From Octopus vulgaris (taxonomy: Eukaryota), in the NCBI GenBank assembly GCA_951406725.2, contig OX597829.1, forward strand, positions 56,358,001 through 56,422,000: 64,000 nucleotides of DNA. The letters are read 5' to 3'. Shown piece by piece: positions 12,052 through 26,020 of this stretch. The position numbers and the translations under genes were made by a program. Positions within the stretch are counted from its first letter, which is position 1. Each line of letters starts with the position of its first letter. Below the pieces are notes generated by a model. It had not been told where the DNA came from. It worked only from the letters and a program-made list of their open reading frames with translations, and did no database searches.

Positions 12052-12826
12052 CGAGCAAAATGCCCCCTGTCCAATGGACGATGCTGAGTTGTCAAACATT
12101 TAAACCAAATTTTCTCTTTGTCTGACCATCCCATAGGCCTCCCTTTGAGAAACACTGATTTAACCTAAATTTGAGACACCAACAAGAAGAAATAAAAATA
12201 GACTTTTTTTCTATTCCAAAGAAAAACGATTTTATTCACACAAATATGCAACCGAAGAATTTAAAGTACCAGTAATGATAAGGCTGTTGACTGGGGGAAC
12301 ACAAACATGGTTTAAACAGTAAGCTTGGCAGGAAAGAAACGTGCCTTTAAGCAGTAGAAAACAACAAAAAATGGAAGGTGCAGTTATGCACAGGTTAAAG
12401 GAAGAAAAGCAGGACAAAAACGATGCCTGCAAATGGGTTAGCTGGAGGTAAATCTAGATGGAAAAGCATGATGAATTTATGAGAACGTACCTGGGACAAT
12501 AATAAGTTTATCCGATAAAACATGTAGGAAAACAACTTGGGGCGATTTTTGATGAAAAGCAACAAGCTAGGGAACTAAGTAACTCATTTTAAGCTAACTT
12601 ACTTTACAGGAAGTTCAAGGGCATGGAAAAGCTAGTGGCAACAGCTGATGTACTTACACATACAAATGCATGTTCCCATGGCTTTATCGATCGCATTCTC
12701 ATCTGGAATATGTATGTAGATACCGTCGGTATCTACATATCAAATTTGAGCGCAATCAGATGGAGGATGCTCGAGATCCTAGAAGACACACAGACAGACA
12801 GACAGAATGGATTTTATATAATAGAT
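12052..12826 (-). mobile_element. Non-autonomous Helitron-like element
   Basis: Minus-strand start a|tctattatataaaa followed by (ctgt)n; degenerate CTAG-like end near 12052; internal palindrome 12711-12738. Confidence 0.5.
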
Positions 12827-13337
12827 ATATGATGAAATTCCATTCAGTTTGCATCAACCAAATTTCACTCAACCCCTAACTGTAGCAGATGATACTTGCT
12901 CAAGATTTTATGCAGAGTAATTGAATCTAAAGCTACATGGTTTCAAAGCCAAAGTCTTAACTATAGCAATGCCTATACTCTAAGGTAAATATTTCTAAGA
13001 TAAAACAATTAATATTCATTATATTATATTCTACTTTTAAAATATTATTGATAAGAGGGGAAAAAAATATAAGTTGCATACTTGATATTTGAGCTGTGAT
13101 TGCCAGAGAAAGGGCAAGATTACTTTCATAGAACTTGATAAGAAAAATTTGTAATTACAAAATCAAGAACGATAGGGTCAAGATGTATAGTTTTACTTTC
13201 TAATTTTAATACTGTCATACAACCGAAACACATAAATCATTCCACAAGATATTTTTCGGTCATATATGTTTTCCAAACCTAATACATTGTTTAAAATAGA
13301 GATGTTATCATAATACTCAGACAATACAAATACTTAC

Positions 13338-13532
13338 CAGAAAAACAACACTGATATCAAAATTCAGCATTGAAAGGAATGATATAGAGATAATCCATAT
13401 TAAAACCTTTGAACCAGTCATTGATGCCAAATAACAAAAACCACATTGTAGTACCAACAATGCCAAAGGTTTCCAACCAAGTAAGTATGTCAAACAGAGT
13501 AAAGAATAAAACGCAAAAAAATATTTCCGCAT
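13338..13532 (-). CDS. HHAT: HHAT coding exon 4: MRKYFFAFYSLLCLTYLLGWKPLALLVLQCGFCYLASMTGSKVLIWIISISFLSMLNFDISVVFL
   Basis: 195 nt; acceptor tttattttcag, donor gtaagt; phase 0-0; multi-pass hydrophobic segment. Confidence 0.9.
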
Positions 13533-13589
13533 CTGAAAATAAACAAAGAAGGAACAGAATTAAATTTCTTGTTTTGAAAGGTTTATTGG

Positions 13590-13811
13590 TGCAAGGGGGT
13601 GCTGAAAAGTTCCTGGCTTTAAGGGTCTAGCGAAAGGCCTAGTTGGAGGCCAATCTTCAGAGTTCTTTTACAGGGCTTAGGAAAACTGAAGAACCTCTGC
13701 AATAAGTGTTTGAATCTGAAAGGGGAATATGCTGAATAATCTTTATTATTGACTGATCCTCCTGTATTTTCTTTTACCCAAAGCCAGGAACTTTTCAACA
13801 CCTAATTGTAC
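13590..13811. mobile_element. Mariner-type MITE
   Basis: TIRs ggtgctgaaaagttcctggcttt / aaagccaggaacttttcaacacc. Confidence 0.8.
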
Positions 13812-14195
13812 AAATAGAAAAGGATTAGAACTTTTTGCATACCATCAAACCATGTGTGCTGAAAAGAGAATTGGACAAAGCCAAGATAAATATCAATATT
13901 GTTTTTTTCAAATGTAAGCAAGGGCAACAGATTGACAGAATCCTTTGAAGAACGGGTAAAATAAACTGCAGCTTTTTATTCTGACTCCTTATATTTCGAA
14001 TTCGAATTTTACTGAGCTTAGTTTTTGCCTTTCATCCTTCCAGTGTTTATAAAATAAAGTGGCAGCCATGGGGTCAATTTAATTTGCTGCTGGTCTGTGT
14101 CATGTAACAGGTTAGCAAAACAGAGCAGAGCCCAAACCACTAACTGATAACAGGTAAAAGGACACATTGGTTGGAATATACTAACAACACAACAA

Positions 14196-14395
14196 TATTC
14201 CTTTCTATTATAAACACAAGGCCTGAAATTTCGGGGGAGAGGGCCAGTCAATTAGATCAATCCGGTACTTAATTTATCGACCCCGAAAGGATGAAAGGCA
14301 AAGTTGACCATGGCAGAATCTGAACTCAGAACATAGCGGCAGACAAAATACTGTGAAGCATTTTGCCCAGCGTGCTAGCAATTCTGCCAGCTTGT
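14196..14395 (-). mobile_element. Second tRNA-derived SINE family (copies also at ~13920-14110 +, 32515-32740 -, 38995-39378 - tandem)
   Basis: A/B-box head tggcagaa...gagttcaaattc and conserved core gcctttcatcctttcggggtcgataaattaagtacc. Confidence 0.8.
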
Positions 14396-15496
14396 CAGCT
14401 TGTCTATCTGTGACACCTTATCTATCTGTAACACCTTGTATGACTACCAAAACACACACACACGCATATACGTGCATGCACATGTGCAGATACTTTCTCT
14501 AAAAGCAGACCCCATTGAAAGGAAAAACACCTAAGGAAAAGATATCTCTAATTAATAGCATTCTTCATTTTAGACCCAGTGCACTTTATATAGGTACAAC
14601 CAGTGCAGAAAATGTATAAACGAAGCAAAGATCATCTACTTTAAAATAAACATATAAAGATCCAGTTAGAGAAGGAAACCATATATAGTTACTTGATTTG
14701 CTAGACATAGCAAACAAATATTCATCAAACTACATCTTCCTAAGGTAAAAAATTTTTAGAAAGCCATATTGGATAATATAATCGAAAAAACATTGTCTGA
14801 AATTTATTCTGGAATGCTTTTCATCAGAGATCTGCTAAATAAGGGCAAACAAGGTTTTAAACAACAACATACAGAGTTATGAAACAAGAGGCATATATTT
14901 ACTGCAAAACACAGTATACTGTTTCAGAATTCTATTTTATTCCAGTGCTGAAAAGTCAATCAAATTTCAGTTGCAATGATTTATATTTGCCAACACATAT
15001 TCATATCCTAGTCAACAATACAAATTAAGCAATGATAATTCCCTTTAAAGTGGAAAGAAAAAAGCCACTGACAGTTAAATATCAATGTCCACTGACGTCA
15101 TTCACCCCCAGAAAGGTTCATTTTACTTGGTTTGAGGTACACAGAGCTTTCAAACATTCAATGTCTTGAAGGGACATTTCCCTGGATGAAATAACCCCGC
15201 AGCTAATAATCGTATATAAACAAAACACATACAATAAGTATTTGACATCAGAAATGTTTGCCTTATTAAAGTTGCTTCTAATTCAAAATCTAATTTTGTT
15301 CTCCTTTACTTTTCTTCCAAAGACCAAAGGTGTATTGTCCCTTCCTTCAAACCTCGGAAGTAAAATTTCAAAAGAAACATAATAAGAAACATAATAAGAT
15401 GTAATAAATTGTAAATTTATTACAATTTAACCTAGATGCATAAAAAACTCAGTTAACCATAACAGGAACTGAATACCAAACAGTTCAGTAATTATA

Positions 15497-16221
15497 TAGG
15501 ATGTCCCAAAAGTCACTGACGGATTACTATTTTCAATAACTTCCTTAACTTTACAAATAAATGCATGAAATTTTGATACAATATAAAGGACATAATGGAA
15601 ATTAATACGCACAAGTCAAATTTTGCAACACCACTACATCACATACACGCCCGTGCTCTTTCTATAACTTGCACCATAACACCCTCAAGAGTTTCAGACC
15701 CCACTTCTCTGATTTCTCCTTCAGTTGCACCAGGGTCTCCGGTTTGTTGACATAGACCCTCTCCTCTTTCAGGCCAGTTGACATTGCCATAGCAAGAGAT
15801 TATTCTCTCTCTCCAAAGTACTGCTATAACAACTGCATTGTTTCTCTTGTGGTATGAGCAATTGCCCCATCTGGCTGGAACCATGTCTGATGTCTACTTT
15901 GTATGGCTGGGCATAAAAGAGGTCTCAATCATGGATTCCTTAAAGAGAGGGTTTATGTCAAGAAACCAGAGACCCTGGTGCAACTGAAGAACATCAATAG
16001 AGAAATCAGAGAAGTGGGGTCTGAAACTCTTGAGGATGTTATGGTGCAAGTTTTGGAAAGAGCACATGTGTGTATGTGATGTAGTGGTGTTGCAAAATTT
16101 GATTTGTGCATATTAATTTCCATTATACCCTTTATATGGTTTCAAAATTTCATGCATTTATTTGTAAGGTTAAGGAAGTTATGAAAAATTGAAACACATC
16201 AATGATTTTTGGGACCCCCTG
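15497..16221. mobile_element. Tc1/mariner-derived fold-back element with ~280-bp TIRs and TA flanks
   Basis: Both arms encode the transposase C-terminus (LKERVYVKKPETLVQLK). The interior reads WFQPDGAIAHT on the minus strand. Confidence 0.88.
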
Positions 16222-17728
16222 TATATTTTATTTTTTAAGAGGTGAGATGAAGAAGAAGTATTTATGACATCAGCAGAGCTTTCTAGACTGGTGAAGCTGA
16301 TACAGTTAATGATTAATTTGCACTCTTCTATACAAATACCATTAGGAAAATGTGAGTGAAAACAAATTCAACAAAAGCTGCAGTTCTAGAGATTCAAGAT
16401 TGAGTAAAGTGCTTAATGCAATGTTTGGGGAAGGAGACATAGTTTAAAGATGGATGGTGTAGAGGAGTGAGCAGAACATCAAGTAGGTTGGTTTGCAGCT
16501 AGATGAGCATAAGCAACGTAGAGTAGAAAGGAGAAGCTGCAAAAAAAATAGTGCAGCTGTGAACCATTAAATGAAGTGGTGTCGGTGTGTTTTTGCTAAT
16601 CAACTTCCTTTTGAACATTCCTTGGATAGTTCTGCATTAATAATATCTCAGATATGACAACTGAAGGTTGTACTTGAGGGTCAAGTCTGAAGTGTCTTAT
16701 GGCTCCTTCTCTTTGGAATATAGTTGATATGAAGTCATAAGAAATTGCTAAAGATTGAGAGGTTTACCATTTGCAGCTACTTTGTATGTTGTTCATGTGC
16801 AGAGAAAGTGGTTTTGAGACTGTTTAGATTTTTAACGAAACCATAATAATGGCTATAATAGCAAAGAAGGAAATGGACTGAAGGGAGTAAAAGAGTTGGT
16901 TGGTTCTGACTGGTTAATATAGTTTGGCTGTCGGTAGGACTGAAATGAGACATTGCAACAGGTTTTCATAGTCTGGAACACTTCATTGCAAAGAGAGAAA
17001 AATAGAAATGTTTTATGAAGTTACTAGCCAGAGTTAGATCATAGTACTTGAGAGTAATGGAAGGAACAATATCAGGATCAATTCCTTGATATTGTTCTAA
17101 GAAGATCTTGTATTTGGTGATTATGCGTACATGGTGCTGAAGCAAGTAGAAGTAAGGAAAATTTGATAAGGGTTTTGTTTTATGTCTATAGTAGAAAGTT
17201 AGAAGCAAACCAGACAATCGGTGCAGTGGCTTTATATGCAGAAATGCTGCTTTCAATATCATTGTGATTGAGAAATGGCAAAGAGGAGGATTGGAAGATT
17301 TTAGTAGAAACCATCTTGGTGAAGGATCAGAAAGCCCAATTACAATATGAAAAGTCAAATAACATGCAGACTGTGTGATCCATGAAACAATTCTTTTGCT
17401 TTCTTAATGGCCATCTAGCAAGCACTCTGGTAAGTTAATGCCTGCCAGCTGTCTACGATGAGTGACTTCCTTTGTTACAAGATGGAATTCACTTCTGATG
17501 TCATTTTCATAACTCACTTTTTTTTTACCTTCTGCCTCACCATACACATCTTTCTCCACCTGGATCTTATATTCATACTATCATTGATCTATAAAAGTAT
17601 TGCAGAGAAAGAATTTTTTAAAAATCATAATCAAGCAAGGAAAACAAATTAACTGATGAAAAATATTTATGTGACAGTATAGGGAGAAATTAATTGCAGC
17701 TGGTTCATATTTATTAATTTCTACTGAT

Positions 17729-19140
17729 ATCATCATCATCATCATTTAATGTCCATTTTCAATGCTGGTATGGGTTGGACAGTTTGACTGAAAACTGGTA
17801 AGCCGGGGAGCTGCACCAGTTCCCAATCTGATTTGACATGGTTTCTACAGCTGGATGCCCTTCCTAATGCCAACCACTCCAAAAGTGCTAGTTATGAAAC
17901 ACTAGCATCAGCCACAACTGTGATCTCATTTGGCCTGATAGGTCTTCTAAAGCATGGCATATGGCCAAAGGCCTCAACCACTTGTCATTGCCTCCATGAG
18001 GCCCAAAGTTTGAAGGGTGCTTTTTATTTGTCACAGGCACAGGTGCCAGTCATGCAAAACTGGCATCAGCAACATCTATGATTTCACTTGACAGGTCTTC
18101 TCAAGCACACCGTATCGCCCAATGTTCAAAGGGTCCTTTTTACATTCAACCAGCACAGGTGCCAGTTACACAACACTGGCATCAGCCATGACTATGATTT
18201 CACTTGGTCTGACGGGTCTTCTCAAGCATGGTGTATGGCCAAAGGGCTTGGTTACTTGTCATTGCCTCTGTGAAGCCCAACATTTGAAGATCATGCTTCA
18301 CTACCTCACCCCAAATCTTCCTGCATCTACCCCTTCCACAGGTTCCCTCCACACTTAGATATCAGCACTTCTTTACACTGCTGTCCTCGTCCATACACAT
18401 CACATGGCCATACCAGCACAGTCGTCTCTCTCTTGCACACCACATCTGATTCCTCTTATGGCCAGTTTTTCTCTCAAAATGCTTACACTCAGTCATGCAT
18501 GCACACTGGCATTGCACATCCAGCAAAGCATACCAGCTTCATATTTTGCAAGCCTTCACATGTCTTTGGTGGTCACAGCCCATGTTTCACTGCTATGTAG
18601 CATGGCTGTCAGCACAGGCATCATACAATCTGCCTTTCACTCTGACGGAGAAGCCCTTTGTTACCTACAGAGGTAAAAGCTCTGTGAACTTTGCCCAGCT
18701 TATGCTGATTCTAGCAGCTACACTGTTAGAGCATCCTCCTCCACTGCTGTGTTGATCACCTAGATAACAGAAGCTATCAACTACTTCTAGTTTTCACACC
18801 TGGCATTTGATGGAGTCTCTTTTCAGTATATTTTTGGTATTGATTGTATCTGTACACCTTCCCCACATAAAGACTATTTTCCTTGTTAACCTTCCTCTGA
18901 TATTGCTGCATCTCTTATGTGTCCATAGCTTGCACCAGGTACACCTGATGGAGTTACTACCTATACCTTTTCTACAGATCGAGCAGAGCCATCTATCTGA
19001 AGGGATTTGTGATTTGTCTGCTCCCTTACTTACTAAGACTTTAGTTTTCACTAAATTAACTCTAAAGCACTTTGATTCTAGACCTTGCTTCCACACCTGA
19101 AATTTCTTCTCTAATTCTGATAGTGATTTGGCTACAAGAA
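17729..19140 (-). mobile_element. RTE LINE, 5'-truncated, with repeat-rich 3' UTR and (gat)n tail
   Basis: WKQGLESK...CSIC...CTWC..H..C, then RT C-terminus. Confidence 0.9.
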
Positions 19141-19559
19141 CAATTCAGCTATAAACCAAGATAATAGCACTAACATACATGCATTCTACTCAGCTGTAAA
19201 TTGTTACCATAGAGAGTTTACCATTGTGAACAGCAGAAGATTATAAAATCGATATCTCTTTAGCTTTCAATACAAAGCCCAACTCTTCAAATAGGCTTGA
19301 TTTAGAAAAGTATAGACTCTACAATGTAGACTTAAGCACTACATGAAACCAAAAACATTTGAGCTTTCCTAAATGTTAAGAGTTACCATGAAGCAGAAAA
19401 TAATCTTCTTTGTGTCTAGAAGCATTTGCATTCAAGGATCTCCAATCCCTCCTGACTCACACACAACTTGGGAAGTTATTGAGTTGGTATTTCAGTAGGC
19501 TGATGGTAAGGACATCAATGCAGAGAAAACCAGGAAACGGAAACAACTTTCTCTCACTA

Positions 19560-20460
19560 AGGACAACCGTATGGCTGCAAATATGGAACATCAGGATCAT
19601 GTTTGAAACCAGATAAACAACTCAGCTGTTGAGATGAAGCTCTATACAAGCTTGCAGTCAAAGGTCTCTGTGAGATGAGATGGCTGGAATTAGGACAAAT
19701 GCACCTGACTACAGTAAAATGGGTGGAAATGAAAACAACATGGAATGATGCATGTAAAGAGATTTTGGGGAAGAGAACCAAACAACACAAGGGTTAAATC
19801 TGAACAGAGATTCTACAGAAGAGGAATTTCAACCGTGTTTCGTGGTCTGCTACCATAACAGCTCCTTTATAGGATCCAGTTAGCTCAAGACATCATCAGG
19901 AGGAACCACGTCCGGTTTCAGCCCCTACTCCTCTACTGTTTTGACATGGCAGGACCCCACTCCCTTTCGGAGGTGTCTTCAGCTCTGGTGTTGGGTGCAT
20001 GTCTTCTTTCTTCTGTTCCATAGCCTTTTCAATGTAGCATCAATGAGTGTCAGTGGGCGAATGACTGTCTTGTCAAATTCCCCTTTAAATACCTGCCGCT
20101 AGGCTCCAGCAGGCAGCCCCAGCAAGTTGTCACGTGACACAGTCTCAACTTCCACAGAAAGAAGAAATTCAAACTCAACAACTGCAAAATCAGAGCAAGC
20201 AAAGCACAGAAACAGATGAAGTAAACCATAGTCAATGAGAGTGCAAAGTGGAATGAGAGAAACTATGTAGAAGGTCTTGTAGAAAAGGTGGAAGAAGATG
20301 TGGCCCAGAGAAAGCTGAAAGAATTCTTGACAAGGAACTTTCAGCACTAAGAGGCATTCAGGAAATCAGTGAGTCACATCCTAAGCAGTCAAAATCAAGG
20401 ATAGAAACACTCATGCAAACAAGAGCAGTTGGAGAGATGGAAGGAAACTTTTGAAGAGCT
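19560..20460 (+). mobile_element. Decayed RTE-like LINE fragment of another family, interrupted ~19830-20345
   Basis: TWNDACKEILGKRTKQHK and EQLERWKETFEELL. Confidence 0.45.
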
Positions 20461-21186
20461 TCTCTCTCTCTCACACACACACACATACATTAATCAAATA
20501 TACAGTGCAGCTGAATTTTGAATTGTTACTACATTTCACCTCAATTTTCAACGAATGGATGAAGAGAGACACATTAGAAATAGTTTCTTGACATGGACTG
20601 AATGCAGTGACAGCTGCATGTAACAGTATAGAGGCCAGCAACTTCAGGTGGTTGCCTCATATCTTACAGGCTCACTCATTTGTGCCTTTAACCAATTTAC
20701 AACTTTTCAATGGTGCAGCAAACCCACAATTCAAACCTTATTCTTCCTTTCACAATATTATTTCACAGTATTTTCCTTCATAATTATGACCTAAAAAGCA
20801 CAACTTTATCATGCAAATTACAGTTTGCCTTTTCAATAAAATATTCCACCATCAGAACTCAAAAATGACAAAGACAGCTACAAGAAATGCAATTCCTCTC
20901 TCATAAATTTGTATTGGAATTAACCAACTTAAAAATTGTCCATTAGTTTTTAGCAAATTACTTTGTTAAACTACGTATGTCATGGAAATATACAGTTCCA
21001 AGTTTCAATTAATCTCAAAGATAACCAAGAATATAAAAGTATTTAATAGAATACCAAACATATTCATTACTTAGTACAAATAAAGCTGTTGCTTGGAACA
21101 TAATCAGAAAAGTTTTTATCCAAATTGAAGATGGAAGGTTTTAATCTAAAATATGATCATTTTATTATCAGAAAGTCTTACATTAA

Positions 21187-21406
21187 CCCTTTTGTTACCA
21201 GATTTCTGTTGAGATGCTTTATGTTTCTTTCAATTACTTTAAATATAACAAAGAATTTAGTAAAATCACTTAGTTATCACTAAGTTGGTATTAGGAACAT
21301 AAATTGTGACTAAGGTTTGGTGGAAGATTTTAATTCAAAATTCATGAAAACAAAACATTTGTACTCAGAGCCAGAGGCGGTTTCAACCAGGTTGGTAACA
21401 AAAGGG
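21187..21406. mobile_element. piggyBac-type MITE, TTAA target duplication
   Basis: ttaa|cccttttgttacca ... tggtaacaaaaggg|ttaa; near-identical termini to 58048-59743. Confidence 0.9.
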
Positions 21407-21867
21407 TTAAAGAACTAGAGTTCAGGCAGATTGGCAATATTCTATTTTTATATTACAATGTATGAATTAAAACTTCTCAGTATGTTACTAATATAAGTTG
21501 ATGTTCACTTGTAATTTGATAAGCTACAGGACTGTCTGCTTGAAATAAATTGCAAACAAATCTCTTTCATCTAGGTCTTTAGTTTTGTTGTGTAATGATC
21601 AAAGAATTAAATAGTATGCAGTTCTTTAAGGTGTGTAAAGCACTGATTTGTTATGTCAACCAAAAATATTTAACTTTCAAGTTTTCATGCCCATAGCATA
21701 TGTAAGCAGTAGCATGGTTTGAAATGGAATAGGAGAAATATAGTTTTAGAAAGTGCTCAGTTCATAATTTGAGTTTAGAAAGAATCCTAACCTTATTTTT
21801 ATTTTACACTAAAACAATATTTTTGCCTATCTACACATTATTTTTTTAAAAATAAAATTACTAAGTG

Positions 21868-22140
21868 GAGTGGCTATGTGGTAAGTAGCTTGTTTACCAA
21901 CCACATGGTTCCGGGTTCAGTCTTCTACTATAGCCTCGTGTCTTCTACTATAGCCTCAGGCCGACCAAAGCCTTGTGAGTGGATTTGGTAGACGGAAAGT
22001 GAAAGAAGCCCGTCGTATACATGTATATATATGTATGTGCGTGTATGTTGTCCCGGGGTCGAGTTGCTCGATTAAAGGTGGTGCTCCAGCATGGCCGCAG
22101 TCAAATGACTGAAACAAGTAAAAGAGAGAGTAAAAGAAAA

Positions 22141-22200
<60 letters not shown>

Positions 22201-22405
22201 ATGTTTGTGTGTCTGTGTTTGTCCCCAACATCGCTTGACAACCGATGCTAGTGTGTTTACGTCCCCATCACTTAGTGGTTCGGCAAAAAAGACCGATAGA
22301 ATAAGTACTGGGCTTACAAAGAATAAGTTCCGGGGTCGATTTGCTCGACTAAAGGTGGTGCTCCAGCATGGCCGCAGTCAAATGACTGAAACAAGTAAAA
22401 GAGTA
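21868..22405 (+). mobile_element. tRNA-derived SINE (main family) with duplicated 3' module
   Basis: Head ggagtggctatgtggtaag...ggttcagtc; tail ggtgctccagcatggccgcagtcaaatgactgaaac occurs twice. Confidence 0.9.
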
Positions 22406-23387
22406 AATACAACTTTTAGAGAAAATGTAGAGACCAGTAGAACGCTGTCTGACTTAACCCTAACCCTTCAAAAAGTTTTGTCAGCATGTGTTACTTTTCA
22501 CTTGTTTAGAAGCTTTCAATATTTGCCAGAGTGAAAAAAGAAACTTGTTGATAATGATAAAGAATTCTATAGGTATTTTTGTATACTTGTAAAGATCTGA
22601 GGTTTGTGTAATAAACATTCATATAAATTCTTGTCACACAAAGTTTTACAGCTGGATGTACTACTAAGCACTAAACACTAAAAAAGTACATAAAACAGGA
22701 TCCATCACTGTGGTTAGGTTCACAGGAATGAGTAGAATGGTGGGTGTATCTATCCATGTTACCTAAGTGAGAAAAACCCAAAGGACAGTATGTACATGAT
22801 TAGCTATTATAGAAGTACTCAAATGACCTGTTTTGAGTGCAATGATGTGTGAAATGAGGAAGATCAGCAGCCAAGTCGTTAAAGGCAGGTAAAACATTTT
22901 CAACTTGAGCAAATCAGAGTTGTGGGTCTTCTGTAAGATAACAACAGAATCTGAGGAAAATTTTCTGAAGCTCTATGCTCTAAACATTCAATATTTCTTC
23001 TTCTTATAGCATATTCTTATAGCAATATTAAGATTAAGGATTAGATTTACTGAAATGATCAGTATTTCCACTAAAAATGGAGAATAAAGTACATAAAGTG
23101 TAAATTCTTAAGACTCATAACAAAATAATTCTCGTAGGTCTTAAACCATTTACTGGTACTCTAAAACCTGCTTGTACTTTGAAACCTATTTGAGCATCAT
23201 ATTTTTCATATGCTTATACCATCATATCTAAACTGATTAACATATCTCACAGACTTTTTCATTTTCCCGAGCGTCAAACCATTACACCTGCTTGTTGCTC
23301 ATACACCTGTCTTTGTCTTTTGTTTTTCTGTAAATTTCAACTACATATCTCACATATTTATAAAATACAAGAGAGAAGAATACTAAC

Positions 23388-23498
23388 ACTGAAGCATTTG
23401 AATTCAACCAATTTCCCAATAAGAATGTGTCCAAGAAGAAAAGGAGTAATTTTTTCAAACCATTTGTTCCATAAATTCCATTCATTTTCTGATATGTC
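23388..23498 (-). CDS. HHAT: HHAT coding exon 3: DISENEWNLWNKWFEKITPFLLGHILIGKLVEFKCFS
   Basis: 111 nt; acceptor tttcttttag, donor gttagt; phase 0-0. Matches the HHAT motif DxxDxEWxxW...LLGH. Confidence 0.9.
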
Positions 23499-23629
23499 CT
23501 AAAAGAAATAAAAGACTTGTTAAGCATAAAGTTCTTCTATATTGAGACATATGTTAGAAAGTATGTGAAAGCAGGAGGAAACAAAGCAATTAAATCAATG
23601 ATCCAAGGTTGGCACAGCAGGCCATCCTG

Positions 23630-26020
23630 CGAGCCATGGACACACTTCCTTTGTCAGGTCTTTGAAGTCACAGCATATCTTCAGAGGTCTCGGACTTTAA
23701 TCATTGCCTCTGTGAGACTCAAAGTACGAAGGTCATGCTTGACCACCTCGTCCCATGTCTTCCTGGGTCTACCTCTACTCCGGATTCCTTCAACAGTTTG
23801 GGAGTGGCACTTCTTCACACATCTCTCCTCGTTCATCCTTAGTACATGACCATACCAATGCAATCGTCTCTCCTGCACATTGCATCCAATTTTTATGTCT
23901 AGCATTTCTCTCAGGGTGCTTACACTCTGTCGTGCATGGACGCTGACATTACACATCCAGCAGATCATGCTTGCTTCATTTCTTTCAAGCCTACACATGT
24001 CCTCCACAGTCACAGCCCATGTTTCACTGCCATGAAGCATGGCAGTTCACACACGTGTCATACAATCTACCTTTCACTCTGAGCGAGAGACCCTTTGTCG
24101 CCAGTAGGGGAAGAAGCTTCCTAAACTTTGCCCAGGCTATTTTTATTCTAGTGGTAACACTCTCTGAGCATCCGCCCCTGCTACTGACTTGGTCACCTAG
24201 GTAGCAGAAACTATCAACTCCCCAAGGAGTGTAATTGAATCTGTTTTTTGAGTATCAGTAATGTCTATTGTCCCTGTGCATCTGCCGCACACAAAAGCTA
24301 TCATCTCTCTCTCTCTCCCTCTTTTACTTGTTTCAGTCATTTGACTGCGGCCATGCTGAAGCACCGCCTTTAGTCGAGCAAATCGACCCCAGGACATATT
24401 CTTTGTAAGCCCAGTACTTATTCTATCGGTCTCTTTTGCCGAACCGCTAAGTGACGAGGACATAAACACACCAGCATCGGTTGTCAAGCAATGCTAGGGG
24501 AACAAACACAGACACACAAACACACACATACATATACATATATATACATATATACGACGGGCTTCTTTCAGTTTCCGTCTACCAAATCCACTCACAAGGC
24601 ATTGGTCAGCCCGGTGCTATAGCAGAAGACACTTGCCCAAGATGCCACGCAGTGGGACTGAACCCGGAACCATGTGGTTGGTTAGCAAGCTACTTATCAC
24701 ACAGCCACTCCTGCGCCTCTCAGTTAATTTTCCTTTGATATTGCTGCACCTCTTATGTGTCCATAGCTTACAATGGGTACATCTTATGGAGTTTCTACCT
24801 ACACCTTTTCTTCAGATCGAGCAGGGCCACCTACTTGAGGGGGTGTATGGTGAGTTTGCCTTCCTACTTACTAGAACTTTGGTCTTTGCTACATTGACTC
24901 TAAGGCCTTTTGATTCTAAACCTAGCTTCCACACCCAAAATTTCTTCTCTAGTTCCGTTAGCGATTCTGCTACGAGGGCTAGGTCATCAGCATAGAGGCG
25001 CTCCCAGGGACAACCTGTCTTAAATTCCTCTGTTATTGCCTGGAGGACTATGATGAATAGAAGGGGTTGAGGGCTGAGCCTTGGTGGACGCCAGCTTCTA
25101 CCTGGAATTCGTCACTGTACTCATTGCCTATCCTAACCTTACTAACAGCCTCTCTGTTAAGGGCCTGTACAGCCCTTATTAACCTTCGTCAATCTCCAGT
25201 TTCCGCATTGCCCATGAGATAAGGGATCGGGGGACCCAGTCAAAGGCTTACTTCAAGTCCACAAAAGCTAAGTATAGGGGTTTATCTTTGGCTAGGTATT
25301 TCTCCTGCAGTTGTCGAACCATGAATATAGCATCAGTGGTGCTTCTGCCAAGCAAAAAACCAAATTGCATCTCATCTAGTCTAACTCTCTCCCTAATTAG
25401 TTGGGCTATGAACCTCTCCGTGACATTCATTACCTGATCCAGCAGTTTGATACCCCTGTAGTTATTTCTATCTAGAGCATCACCTTTACCCTTGTAGCAG
25501 TTGACTATGGTGCTGCTACGCCAGTCACTGGGTATGACTCCATCATGAACTACTTTTACAATGCAGGTGACTAGGCTGTAGCCCACACCACCAGATGTTT
25601 TACGCATCTCAGCAGTGATTGCTGATGGGCCGGGGGTTTTTCTTGGCTTCATACCCTTAATTGCCTTAACTACTAGGGAGCTATCTATACGGATAGCTGG
25701 TCCTTCTACTGGGTCAACATTTGGCAGGCTCTCCTCCTCCCATTCATTTTCCACATTCAGCAGTCTTTCATAATGGCTTCTCCAAGCCTCTTTCTTTTCA
25801 GAAGCATTAAAAGCAAGTGCACCATCATCCATGCGGACACATTTCTCTCGTATGACATCACAATTTTCTCTCACACACTGTCTTGCAATCCAAAATACCT
25901 CAGTTCTTTGGTCCTCATGTCGCTGGACATTGGCAAACTTCTTTTCTGCTTCGCTCTTGGCTATGTATACCTGCCGCCCAGCCTCCCTTTTGGCTACCTG
26001 GTACAGTTCCCTGCTACCCC
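23630..26020 (-). mobile_element. RTE LINE (RT domain, decayed), interrupted by a SINE at ~24303-24716
   Basis: NYRGIKLL, QFGF...STTDAIF, AFVDL, LYADDL, MLHGSETW, WYGHV. Confidence 0.95.
24310..24716 (-). mobile_element. tRNA-derived SINE (main family), near full length
   Basis: Near-identical reverse complement of 46915-47320. Confidence 0.93.

Noticed and set aside
16400-17400. Possible decayed LINE or 130-aa ORF
   Set aside because: No motif I could identify with confidence.
23282-23527. 81-aa minus ORF from the track
   Set aside because: Wrong frame; the real exon here is 23388-23498 in another frame.
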